DNA of 64,000 nt, taken from the NCBI RefSeq assembly GCF_006345805.1, contig NC_043014.1:50282001-50346000 (forward strand), in the 5' to 3' direction. The translations under genes were made by a program, and so were the position numbers. This document shows, in pieces, positions 35,976-49,305 of the stretch; position 1 is the first letter of the stretch, and each line of letters begins with the position of its first letter. This DNA is from Octopus sinensis. Its lineage: Eukaryota. The notes below the pieces were generated by a model, which did not search any database, had not been told where the DNA came from, and saw only the letters and a list, made by a program, of their open reading frames with translations.

Positions 35976-36519
35976 AGAGAGTAAATATTACATTTGGTGT
36001 TAAAGGAAGCTTAAGAATGGAAGACCGTATGAAAAACTTGCCCCAAAATTTATCTGATGTGCGCTCAGCAAATATTTATGAGTCCCCCCCACCCGTTTTT
36101 GTAATAAGTGTCATACATTGTCGAATATTTCACAATGATGTAGAATATTCTCTACCTGAAATAAAAAGAGTAAACCTTTTCGAAAAAAAAACCTATTCTA
36201 ACCTAATATAATACTTAGGTAACATAATTTTATGCCTAAAGCTTCTCGCAGGTAAGTACATCGATAGACGTTAACTAATAACGTGAGAACCAATCGATTG
36301 ATTAGTTAGTTGGATATATAATTAACCAATCGACTATATATAAATAAGTGGAAACTAAACTCTGCACGTGTTGCTACCATTGGCGTTAAAGCTAATATGC
36401 ACCTCCATCCACTACAAACACACCGACTCATACTCATAGCTTAATTTCTCTACCTCCCAACCTTCCCACACCAAACACTCCATCCCCTACTCCCTATTTT
36501 TCCGTCCGCGGAAACCATG

Positions 36520-36790
36520 TCTTTGAGACTGAGTCTCAACTCATGGCTCGTCACTTATTCCTTCGTGGATATCCCTCACCACTACCCACACAGCCCTTGC
36601 TAGAGCACGTTCCTTGGATCGTGTCTCTGCTCTCTCTCTCTCCGCACCCGCCACGCTGTTGTCCGTCTCCCGTTTTCCCACCCTGCTCCCCCAATGCACC
36701 ATTCTCGAATCCTTCCGGCGACTCCAGTCCGACGCTCCTATCGAGCTACTGTCCTCATTGATATCCTCTCCATCCACACCTACCCCCACA
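36520..36790 (+). mobile_element. Possible decayed Penelope-like endonuclease C-terminus
   Basis: TILESFRRLQSDAPI loosely resembles the ESFxIxxLxTxxPxG end of PLE GIY-YIG domains; weak. Confidence 0.3.
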
Positions 36791-37140
36791 AACTTCTGCA
36801 CCTTTCACTCCAATATACCCCACACCTCCACCTCCACCCACAGCCTCAACCCCAATCTTCTCTCACACCAACAGCGAAACCAGACATCCCCACATTCCAC
36901 ACCACACCACACATCATCATCTGTACATCCGCACACTATCATCCACACACCCACACAATTCAGACGCACGCACACATCCACGTCAAAGTCACTAGCTCCT
37001 ATCCACACACACACACACACACACACTCACATACACATACACACAAGCACCTTTGTTTTTGGTATCACCAGTACTTTATTATCTCCCCTTCTTCCTAGCT
37101 CTCCTGTCAAACTATTTTCCCCAACCTGTCTCCATGATTA

Positions 37141-37176
<36 letters not shown>

Positions 37177-37222
37177 TGTATGTATGTATGTATGTATGTA
37201 TGTATGTATTTATAGATGGATG

Positions 37223-37527
37223 TTGTTTGTTCCTTCTCGAGCCATGCCTGGCTCATAAGGGCCGGTTTCCCGGTTTCTTGGCGTGTAGGTTACCCATCTG
37301 GACGAGACGCCGGTCCATCGTAGGTGAGCTGCAAGATGCAGGAGGAAAGAGTGAGAGAAAGTTGCGGCGAAAGAGTCAGCAGAAGTTTCGCCATTACCTT
37401 CTGCCGGAGCCGCGTGGAGCTTAGGTGTTTTCACTCATAAGCACACACATCGTCCGGTCTGAGATTCGAACCCGCGATCCCTCGACCGCGAGTCCGCTGC
37501 TCTAACCACTAGGCCATGTGCATCCAC
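37223..37527 (-). mobile_element. SINE-C with tail type 3, 12-bp TSD
   Basis: Head gtggatgcacatggcctagtggttagagcagcggactcgcgg; TSD tatagatggatg at 37211-37222 and 37528-37539. Confidence 0.9.
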
Positions 37528-37839
37528 TATAGATGGATGGATGTATATATTAAATCACTGAATGAAATGTGGTGCAGCCTGCTGCCAAAGTGGCGCCAGA
37601 CCGCTGGGAAAATTCTGTTGCAACACATCCATTTTAGAATAAAGACAATAGATTTCGCCTCCTTCATATGCTTAATACCAAGTGACCTGAGCTAACCAAT
37701 ATAGTTCTAACAATTAAAAGCTCTCTTGAATTTCTCTGAAGCATTATCGATCTGCTCCAAGGATTTCATGAGATATGCGTATCCAACGCTCTAAAGAGAC
37801 GTTAAGGAGGTCGAACAGAGTTAAATTATGAAATTAAAT

Positions 37840-38226
37840 CTATCCATCCATCCATCCATCATCCATCCACCCATCCATCCATCTATCCATCCATCCATCC
37901 TTTCCTCCATCGACCCATCCATCCATCCATCATTCCATCCATCCAGCCAGCCATCTATGTATGTATGTATGTATGTATGTATGTATGTATGTATGTATGT
38001 ATGTATGTATTTATCTATCCATCCATCCATCCATCCATCCATCCATCCGTCTGTCTATCTGTCTGTCTGTCCATCTATCTCTCTGTCTATCTATGTATCT
38101 GTGTGTCTGTCTGTCTATCTATCAATAAATATATGCATCCATCCATCCATCCATCCATCCATCCTTCTATCTATCTATCTATCTTCTATCTATCTATCTT
38201 CTATCTATCTATCTATCTATCTATCT
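37840..38226. repeat. Compound (ATCC)/(ATGT)/(ATCT)n microsatellite
   Basis: Direct reading. Confidence 0.9.
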
Positions 38227-39030
38227 GTGGAAGGGAAGCTTTCCGATGATTAGGTGATCTATTTGCTGTCAACACCCGCTAAATGGAGGGCTAGGCATGC
38301 CGTGGTTGATGATGCGCAGATATGCCCTGAGACTGCGACATCTCCGGTGCTTCATAGACGACGGTGAACAAGTGTGGTCGCCGTTTCTGCGGCGCACTTT
38401 GCCGCAGCTCGTCTCGTTGGCCGAACTACAGTCGTAGATCAAATAGAGACCGATGCTAGGTGAATGGCACCGCGAATGTCGCATTGCTCTCAAGCAACTC
38501 TGCCGACCGGAACCAAACTTGTGTAACTTCATTATAACAAAAGCATTCTATAGAGGATGGGAGGGGCGACGACGTTCTCGGGCAGAATCTGGGCGTCGAC
38601 GAGGAACAACTGACCCGCCTGTTCATGACAACTTTCGGGACGGGACCTATGGACAATCACCAAAGATCCCTGGCAGTGCTATCGAGAAGCATTACCTTTT
38701 CGGGATAAGCTCTACAAGCACAGTTCGAGACACACTGGACCGACTTGCTCGAGATGAGGTCAGAGCGACGTTCTGCACGCACTGGTGCAGTGTCCAGCTA
38801 TTTCGGACCGGTAGGATTATACCGAACGGTTGCTGTCACCTGTGGGACGAGTCCGCCTGTGAGCCGCGTCTGTCGTGCAAATTGCTCCGCCACCTTTTCT
38901 CAACCGGGAAGGCAAGGCAGTCTTCATCGTACTGGTGGCTATGACGTAAGAATTTTTGTGTTGGACACATAGTAAAAGAATGTGTGTGATCTTTGGTCAA
39001 AAAGCAAGTAATATTAAGAGACTCATGTCA
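38225..39030 (+). mobile_element. Tx1/L1-clade LINE ORF2 C-terminal remnant (GGLG motif and zinc knuckle)
   Basis: [39 protein letters not shown]...GEWHRECRIALKQL... and CSR*GQSDVLHALVQCPAISD; stops and frameshifts present. Confidence 0.8.
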
Positions 39031-39348
39031 AACTATTCGCCTTGGGTGTCCAGACACTTCTGACAGAGCTCCTGCTACGGCTGGAAACAGTTCTGGAAAT
39101 CACTTCTTGGGATGCTCTAGCGCTATGCCGTCGAATTTTGCTTAATGTCTTCTGCTGACTCAAATAAGCAGAGAGAGAGAGAGAGGGGGGGGGGGAGAGA
39201 GAGAGGGGAGAGAGAGAGAGAGGGGAGAGAGAGAGAGAAAATAAAATGAGAGAGAAAATATAAAAAAAGGCAAGCGGTCAATCTCTTATTCTTTTATTCT
39301 TTTACTTTTTGCAGTCAATTGACTGCGACCATACTGGAAAACCGTCTT

Positions 39349-39385
<37 letters not shown>

Positions 39386-40487
39386 ACTTCTGGACAATCA
39401 CTTTGTTGCGGTTAGTGAACACTCTTATCGCCGATTACAAGCTAAAACGAATACAGTACTTTTGGCAAAAAAATCCACTTTGTGGAAACATGACACATTA
39501 TTTTTCGACAACAGAGTAACAACAAAGATGGGGTTTTCGTGTTCATTTGAAAATTTGGGTGGATAAAGCACTTATTTATGACAAAATTTCTGAAAAAAAT
39601 CCAATAAATTATAGAACAATATATCGATTACAGACTGTCATGTTCAGTGTCTAGACTGACCGGTTGCAATTTGGTCAGTTATTTCAGATGAATTCTTGCA
39701 GCAGAACTCAGTAGAAAATTTATGGAAAAGGGAAAAAAATGTGGTAAAAAATGTCAATTTGGCGTTCTTAAGGCTAACGGACATAGTATTCGTTCACTGT
39801 TGCTGACAGTGACAAATGAAGGAGAAACGAAAAAGGTGTTAAAGAGTTTTATGAAACGCAAAGAAAATCTCCTGAAAACATTATCAATAACGACAATCCT
39901 TTACTGTTTTTAGTATGGCAGTATAATACGTGACTAATTACCAAGAACAGGTGAGAAAAATATAGCTCAAAATGTTTGCGAACATTTGGATCAAAATAAA
40001 TTTCTTGTGCACTTTTTGCTTATTTTTTTCAATTTTTCAACTTCATTGCAATTTTTCTAAATTTAAGTTTATTTTTTAATTAAATAATTTCTTTGTATTA
40101 AACTAAACCATTTCTGTATTATTTTTAGTTTAGCTAGTATGAAAAATCTAAAGGTAAATATAATTAATTATGATAAGAGAAGCGTTGGCGAGAAACCAAG
40201 TGGTTTCTAAAATGCGGGCGCAGAATGCTAAGATGTTCTTCAGTATTAAAGGTGGAAAACTACAGAACAGGCAGTAATTAAACCTGGAAAAATATAGGAG
40301 AAAAATGAAAAAAATTGAATTAAAAATTTTAAAAAAAATTTTTAATCTAATATAATTATGAAAGTCCTTTATATTTTGAAATGAGAATTTAAATTAAAAT
40401 ACTCAATGAACTATTAATCGTCTCCAAGTTCACATATTAAACATTCAAATATTACAAGCTTCATGGTTTATTATATATATATATATA

Positions 40488-40802
40488 TATCACGTGATCA
40501 CGTGACCGACCAGACTATTAGATGTTGCTACACATCGCTGGTCACAATGCGCTTCGCATTGTTTTAGCCTTCAAATGACGTTCACCCCGCTGGCTAAGCC
40601 AGCAGGCCAACAGAGGAAAGAATGAGAGAATGTTGTGGCGAAAGAGTACAACAGGGATCGCCATCTAGAACCTGCCGGAGTCTCGTGGATCTTTTAGGTG
40701 TTTTCGCTCAATAAATATTCACAATGCTCGGTCTGGGAATCGAAACTGCGATACTACGACTTGGAGTCCGCTGCCCTAACCACTGGGCCATTGCGCCTCC
40801 AC
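40488..40802 (-). mobile_element. SINE-C with tail type 2, full length
   Basis: Head gtggaggcgcaatggcccagtggttagggcagcggactc; tail ends ...cacgtgatcacgtgata in (TA)n. Confidence 0.9.
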
Positions 40803-40944
40803 TCACACACACACATATATATGTGTGTGTGTATATATATACAACAACACACACACACACACAATAATATATATATATATATATAGATTATATATATATA
40901 TATATATAGATATATATATATATACATATAATATACATATATAT

Positions 40945-41016
<72 letters not shown>

Positions 41017-41594
41017 CATAAATGTCACATAACAACAATTTACGAAATATTGAGAATGTTTTATAATCCCTAAATTTGGAAAAAAATTCTACATATTGCA
41101 TTCCATTAGCTCATTATCTTGCATATTTTCACACATTCTTCTGACTTTGAATAGAAGATATTTTGTTATCTGATAATGCAAACTTTAAAAAAAAAATCAT
41201 ATTTTTGTTTCACTAATTTTCTTTATTATTATTTATTCTTTTTTTTTTAATTGTATACATTCTACATGAGTTTAATTTTAACACAATATTTGTGAATCGA
41301 GATTTTTGGATAATGTCTTTTGTCAAAAAAAAATAATAAAATGGAATAAAATGGAATAAGATAGAAATATTTTAGCTTAATACAAAGAAATTGTGAGATA
41401 AAAAAATATAATCTTAAATATCAAATGTTTGCAATGTGAAGCAAAAAATATTGTTTCAAAAATTGATGATCAGTTTCAGAAATTTATTTAGATAATTCTA
41501 GAGTCAGCAAAAATATTTTAATATTTTCTTTCCTTATCATACAGGAATTTTAAACGTTACATCCATCAGAATTTTCTAACATTCTGCACTCTTC

Positions 41595-42200
41595 ATTGTA
41601 GTACATACATACATACATACTACATAAATACATACATACATAAAACATACATACATACATAACATACATACATACATAAATACATAAATACATACATACA
41701 TACATACATAAATACAACATAATACATACATACATATACATACATATACATACATACATACATACATACATACATGCATACATACATACATACATACATA
41801 CATACATAAATACATACATACATACATACATGCATACATGCATACATACATACATACATACATACATACATACATTCTACATACATACATGCATACATAC
41901 ATACAACATACATACATACTATACATACATACATGCATACATACATACATACATAGATACATACATAAATACATACATACATACATACAGCATACATGCA
42001 TACATACATACATACATACATACAATACATACATACATAAATACATACATGCATACATACATACATACATACATACATGCATACATACATAAATACATAC
42101 ATACATACATACATACATACATACATAAATACATACATACATACATACATACATATATGCATACTTACATACACACACAAACACACACATGTATGTATAT
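41595..42200. repeat. ~600-bp degenerate (TACA)n microsatellite
   Basis: Direct reading. Confidence 0.95.
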
Positions 42201-42435
42201 AGGGGGTTAAGAAACTGTCGTCTAAGAAACGCACGTATGAAAATAACACTGACAATTCATTTTAACAGATATTTCCCAAAATTACGTAATAATATCTCAC
42301 CGTACTAAAGAACAACCATAGCATCCAAACGTGTTTGTGTATTTTTTATGTATGTATGTGTATTTTGCAACTATGTACCATGTTTGTATGTATAGATGTG
42401 TATCTCCATATATGGAGACACGTATCTCCATATGT

Positions 42436-42469
<34 letters not shown>

Positions 42470-42545
42470 CTATATATATATTCCATATATACATATATAT
42501 ATATATATATGTGTGTGTTTGTGTGTGTGTGTGTGTTTGTGTGGT

Positions 42546-42729
42546 TGTGTTTCCCCTACCACCACTACCATCATTTGCCAGCCGATGCTTGTGTGTTTAC
42601 GTCCCCGTAACTTAGCTGTTCGTTAAAAGAGACCGATAAGAATAAATCCAGGGTCTGTTGTGCTTGACTAAAGGGGTACCCCAGCATGACTGCAGTCAAA
42701 TGACTGAAACAAGTATAAGTGTAAAAGGA

Positions 42730-42730
<1 letters not shown>
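42546..42730 (+). mobile_element. SINE-A 3' part, internally deleted
   Basis: gccgatgcttgtgtgtttacgtccccgtaacttagc...cagcatgactgcagtcaaatgactgaaacaag. Confidence 0.75.
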
Positions 42731-42766
<36 letters not shown>

Positions 42767-42796
42767 TATATATTTATATTGCATTATATTGTAATG

Positions 42797-42835
<39 letters not shown>

Positions 42836-44157
42836 GATGTATGTATGTATGTTGCGTGCTGTATTTATTATATATACATATTTCTATATATGTAGCGGGA
42901 GTTGAAAGCCACAGAAAGCGAAGGATGGGCCAGCAATTGAAAATCAAAAGCGCAATAAATTCGGTTCTGTATCTTTCCGATTAACTTACTAAAACACATA
43001 TCTATAAGTTCATTACAAATTGTTCAGTGATTTCCCAAGCAGCTCAAAAAGGAAAATAACACACACGTACACACCTTAGAGAACCTTTCAGAAGTCAGAT
43101 AAGTTCCAGTCTACCACATATTTACCAAATGTTCCATTGATGTGGCATTTATCAATACTGGAAGAATATATATACTTGCAGGTGCAATTGTTCTTCGGCA
43201 ATGCTTTGAAGCACAAATCTATTTCGTTCCAGCTTCGTGGAGATTTTTCCCTCTGCTTTGAAAATACTGAATTTTGCTGCTGCTCTATTGTTGCTTTTTT
43301 GTTGCTGTTTCTCTTGTTGGTGTTGTTTTGGCGAAGGTTGAAGAATTGCTAGGGCGCCAAACAAAATGATTATTGGCATTTGTTCTGAGTCTTTACATCC
43401 TCAGTTCAATTTCCACCTTTGCTGGTATCGTCTTTGCTCCAGTCTGGCACGGGTGGCTATGCAGAGTTCATACCTTACACTCACTCATTTGGAACGCATG
43501 TGTCACCTTTTAACGGCCATATCCTCTCACGGGACGCAACATAGAAAGAAATGTTATCTATGTCCAGTCTTATTTAATATATTCGTGTGCTTTCGGACAG
43601 AGAAAGGTAATATGCTGCACAAATTGTCACGGGAGAAAAGATTTTCCCTATAGAGAATATGCTTGCAAACATATGTCTAGGCCACGAATGACTTTACCGA
43701 CTATAAGTCATGCGTTTCTAAGTCTTTATGCTATATCAGCTACGAATACTAATTCTATTGTTTGTAGCCACTAAGAGTTGGGCGTTCTTTTTAGTTCTCT
43801 CGAGACAGACTTTGGAATCGAATAGTCTTTCTATGTCCGAAAGTACGCATTCATATTTTTTCACAGTAGCCATTTCTCGCGTTCTCACAATTTCTTTCAT
43901 ATAGATATAAAGGTAACTCCCTTTGAGGACCTCTTTCATTTCCAGTGAATTATGACATTTTCTGGCTGGAAAAATTTGCATTTAGTGCCGCGTGCACAAA
44001 CTCCAAATACGTTTTTCCGCCATTTTAGATATATACTGCATAGCTTCGGTCGACGATATTGACATTTATATGAAAAAAATTCTATATTCGCCTAATTTAC
44101 GATTTATAGTATTTGCAGACCAAGTTCGTTTCCTCTCTCTCTCTCTTTCTCTCTCTG

Positions 44158-44190
<33 letters not shown>

Positions 44191-45523
44191 TTCTTTACTG
44201 TTACTTTGTTACTTCTATATGTTGGACCTCTTCCACTTTCGGTATTTAATAGAATTGATTTTAGAATTTTGAGTATGGGTACATACTCTCTCTCTCTCAC
44301 ACACATACACAAACAAACAAACAAACAAACAAACTAGCACACATTCACATATATATATCTTATCATTTCTGAGGGTTTGGGTTTCAGCAGATGTGAAATT
44401 AATTTTGAGCAAATTCATTTTTAAACAGAATTGTTTAATTACGCATTTACTGAAACAGATGTTAAGCACAATTTATATTATAACCCATATATAAATTTAA
44501 TCTTTTTTTGTTTTTATGCTAAATACATTTCCCTCATCGGATCATTTTAGCCGATTATGTATATGCATGGAGGTCGATGCCATGTGAACTTACTGGAATG
44601 TATTAAACTTTCGAAGTGTAACAACCTGTTATTAATTGAACTTCGTAATTACTATGGATGTGTATCCGTCTAAGTGATGCATGTGTATGGGTGCGCGTAT
44701 GGTGATGTGCGTTGGTACGATTGCGGTCGTCAGTGTAAATATAATACAACATGGTTAAATTGTAAAAGGTCGGTTCCTTGAAAGCGATAAAAGCATTATT
44801 TTTGGTAAATAGCCCATTCTAAGATATTCGCCTATAGGATTATAAGTCGAATGTCTGTATAGAGTAATAATATTAGTAGTAGTCAGAGTAGTAGCTGCAA
44901 TGGGAGCAGCAATAACAGCGCATAATATCATATCTAAAGTGTCCTGGTTTTGAAGCTTGCCGTCATAAAGGATTTAATCTAATTCTAGCTATTACCATTT
45001 GGGAATTTTGTCCATTCTCAAAGATCTCGTTCGCGTATATTAGTCGCAATTAATAAGCTACGGCGGCAGAAAGCGTGTAAGAAGCTACTGTAGTTTTGCT
45101 CACATTGTTACTTCCTTTGGAAATTTTACAAGTCGTTTAAAGTTGCCAATTGTCTGTCTTCAGTTGCAATGAGTTGAATAGAAATTCGAATCGGTCCGCC
45201 ATCTTAATGAATGCATCCATTCGGATGTTACAATAAATACTACGAGGTTTTCTGATAAATAGAAAGATAATTACCTGAAACCCATCTATCTCTTGGTAGT
45301 AAGAACAATTACATTGCACTGGCTTTCGTTTGCAAATATTATTTGACAACAAGTTATTCGCTTCCTACTAATGTAAGAAGATACACACAGTCAGCAAAAC
45401 TGATATGACGGTATTACTAAATGAACTACGAATGCAGGAAACATGCTTACATACATTCAAATAGATAGGTAGATAGATCGTTGAGTACATCGATCGATGG
45501 ATACATAGATAGATAGATATAAG

Positions 45524-45557
<34 letters not shown>

Positions 45558-45559
<2 letters not shown>

Positions 45560-47765
45560 CAATATAGGATGAAGTCCCTACTCTACAGCAAAGGAATTCA
45601 TCAGGAAGCGTGGGCAGTATATTTAAAAAAACCGTTACGGTTGCAAAAATATTATCATATAATTAAGGGCTAAAGAGGGTTATTCTAAAGCCAAATACAC
45701 TGGTGTTATCCACTTATAATCCGCTTGTTACAGGAAAATTGAAACTGAAAACGGGCAACTAACCTTTAGAAAATTAAATTTCGTTATCTCTATATTGAAT
45801 CAATTTCGGACTTAATCTTATAAAAAGATATATTCCTTCTTCAGTAGAAAAATTTCGATGGGATATCAATAAAATATCACGTATGATCATGGAAAAAGCA
45901 CAAGCTAAAAAAAAACATAACTACACTTGAGTACATCATTTATATCTAAAAATAAAAATTCTTTGGTCAGCTCAGAAAACAAGTCCAGACCTTTCGCCGC
46001 TACAAATTGTAATGGTTACCAGTCCTCCTGTAGCAAGCATCGAGTTACTACTAAGCAATATAGGATGAAGTCCCTTACTCTACAGCAAAGGAATTCATCA
46101 GGAAGCGTGGGCAGTATATTTAAAAAAACCGTTACGGTTGCAATATACATCATATAATTAAGGGTAAAGAGGGTTATTCTAAAGCCAAATACACTGTTTT
46201 ATCCACTTATAATCCGCTTGTTACAGGAAAATTGAAACTGAAAACGGGCAACTAACCTTTAGAAAATTTAAATTTCGTTATCTCTATATTGAATCAATTT
46301 CGGACTTAATCTTATAAAAAGATATATTCCTTCTTCAGTAAGAAATTTCGATGGGATATCAAAAAATACTCACGTATGATCATGAAAAAGCACAAGCTAA
46401 AAACATAACTACACTTGAGTAATCATTTATATTAAAAAATAACAATTCTTTGGTCAGCCTCAGAAAACAACGTCCAGACCTTTCGCCGCTACAAATTGTA
46501 ATGGTTACCAGTCCTCCTGTAGCAAGCATCGAGTTTACTACTAAGCAATATAGGATGAAGTCCCTTACTCTACAGCAAAGGAATTATCAGGAAGCGTGGG
46601 CAGTATATTTAAAAAAACCGTTACGGTTGCAATATACATCATATAATTAAGGGCTAAAGAGGGTTATTCTAAAGCCAAATACACTGTTTTATCCACTTAT
46701 AATCCGCTTGTTACAGGAAAATTGAAACTGAAAACGGGCAACTAACCTTTAGAAAATTTAAATTTCGTTATCTCTATATTGAATCAATTTCGGACTTAAT
46801 CTTATAAAAAGATATATTCCTTCTTCAGTAGAAATTTCGAGGGGATCAATAAAATACTCACGTATGATCATGGAAAAAGCACAAGCTAAAAACATAACTA
46901 CACTTGAGTACATCATTTATATCTAAAAATAAAAATTCTTTGGTCAGCCTCAGAAAACAACGTCCAGACCTTTCGCCGCTACAAATGTAATGGTTACCAG
47001 TCCTCCTGTAGCAAGCATCGAGTTTACTACTAAGCAATATAGGATGAAGTCCCTTACTCTACAGCAAAGGAATTCATCAGGAAGCGTGGGCGTATGAAGA
47101 AGGAATATATCTTTTTATAAATTAAGTCCGAAATTGATTCAATATAGAGATAACGAATTTAAATTTTCTAAAGGTTAGTTGCCCGTTTTCAGTTTCAATT
47201 TTCCTGTAACAAGCGGATTATAAGTGGAATAAACAGTGTATTTGGCTTTAGAATAACCCTCTTTAGCCCTTAATTATATGATGGTATATTGCAACCGTAA
47301 CGGTTTTTTTAAATATACTGCCCACGCTTCCTGATGAATTCCTTTGCTGTAGAGTAAGGACTTCATCCTATATTGCTTAGTAGTAAACTCGATGCTTGCT
47401 ACAGGAGGACTGGTAACCATTACAATTTGTAGCGGCGAAAGGTCTGGACGTTGTTTTCTGAGGCTGACCAAAGAATTTTTATTTTTAGATATAAATGATG
47501 TACTCAAGTGTAGTTATGTTTTTAGCTTGTGCTTTTTCCATGATCATACGTGAGTATTTTATTGATATCCCATCGAAATTTCTACTGAAGAAGGATATAT
47601 CTTTTATAAGATTAAGTCCGAAATTGATTCAATATAGAGATAACGAAATTTAAATTTTCTAAAGGTTAGTTGCCCGTTTTCAGTTTCAATTTTCCTGTAA
47701 CAAGCGGATTATAAGTGGATAAACATGTATTTGGCTTTAGAATAACCCTCTTTAGCCCTTAATTA

Positions 47766-47775
<10 letters not shown>
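45558..47775. repeat. ~490-bp tandem repeat (about 3.1 forward units) followed by about 1.4 inverted units, flanked by (TA)n
   Basis: agcaatataggatgaagtccc starts at 45558, 46054, 46544 and 47033; 47096-47773 is the reverse complement of ~46150-46826. Confidence 0.95.
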
Positions 47776-47801
<26 letters not shown>

Positions 47802-47809
47802 GTATATAC

Positions 47810-48220
47810 TCTCTCTTTCTCTTTACTCTTTTACTTGTTTCGGTCATTTGACTGTGGCCATGCTGGAGCGCCACCTTTAACCGAGCAAATGGACTCCAGG
47901 ACTTATTCTTTGTAAGGCTAGTACTTATTCTATCGGTTCTTTGCCGAACCGCTAAGTTACGGGGACGTAAACACACCACCATCGGCTGTCAAGCGATGTT
48001 GGAGGGACAAACGCAGACACACACATACATACACACATATATATATATATATATACGATGGGCTTCTTTCATTTTCCGTCTACCAACTCCACTCACGAGG
48101 CTTTGGTCGGCCTGAGGCTATAGTAGAAGACACTTTCCCAAGGTACCCCGCAGTAGGACTGAACCCGGAACCATGTGGTTGGTAAGCAAGCCACTCGCCA
48201 CACAGCCACTCCTTTGCCTA
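47810..48220 (-). mobile_element. SINE-A, full length
   Basis: Complete tail, microsatellite and head. Confidence 0.9.
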
Positions 48221-48265
48221 CACACACACACACACACACACACGCACATATATATATATATATAT

Positions 48266-48363
<98 letters not shown>

Positions 48364-48432
48364 TGATAGATAGGTAGATAGGTATGTATGTATGTATACA
48401 CATGTGTATGTGTGTGTGTACATATAATCAGG

Positions 48433-48508
<76 letters not shown>

Positions 48509-49305
48509 TACATAGATGGATAAATAGATAGATACAGAGAGTGTGGGAAGAGGGAGACAGAGAGTGTAGAGAGCAATGAGGAAGAGTGAAATAGAGTAAT
48601 ACAACAAGATAATTCTTCTGTCTATTTTATATCTCATTATTCAAGGTTTGAAATGAGAAGCAATTCCCGAATGGGAATAAGCTGAATAATGAATTAATAG
48701 GAACATCATTCCTTTATGGAGCTACCTATGTTGTTTCTATGAATGGAAAGAACAGAACGCTTGTAAAGAAGGAAACGAACAAATACATCGGATTACTTTT
48801 GAAGAGAGAAGAGTAAATATATGAATGCAATAAACGTACAGTAACCTCAGCAATAAACGTTAATTCCTTAGTGTAACTAACCCGATATATCTTAATTAAG
48901 TTGACAAAACTGATTAGTAAAATGTACCTAATTACATAAATATCAAGGTAACCCTTGTTCCCATGTTAGGATATTCAAATGAGGTTAAGATATGAGGCGC
49001 AGAAGGCAAAGAATCTAAGCCACAGATCATTGCCCTGTCGGACGTTTGTCGCCTAGGTATCAGGATGTTGTCAATGGAAGACTATGGCACGACGTCCCGT
49101 TACTGCTGTCTGTATCTTTGAATGCGCTTCACTTATCGCCTCCATTGACACGTCTGTCTGATAATTATTGTCTTCGGCCACGACACCATGCGTAGTGGGA
49201 TGCGAAGTGACCGCTAAGTGTGATGTCTGTATGTGTGTGAGTGTGCGCGATATATGTATATATATATTATATATATATATATTATATATATATATATATA
49301 TATGA

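Noticed and set aside
39722-39913. ORF vaguely like a Tc1/Tc3 N-terminal HTH
   Set aside because: Similarity is too weak, and no TIR or catalytic motif was found.
41550-42255. MYVC/HTYI-repeat ORFs of up to 211 aa
   Set aside because: Translation of the (TACA)n microsatellite.
44016-45205. Two minus-strand YY1-like motifs (AAAATGGCGG, AAGATGGCGG) suggesting a promoter
   Set aside because: The following ORFs are short, there is no other promoter evidence, and such motifs are common.
45927-47507. Repeated 66-77-aa ORFs in the 490-bp unit
   Set aside because: Frames differ between units because of 1-bp indels; no known domain.
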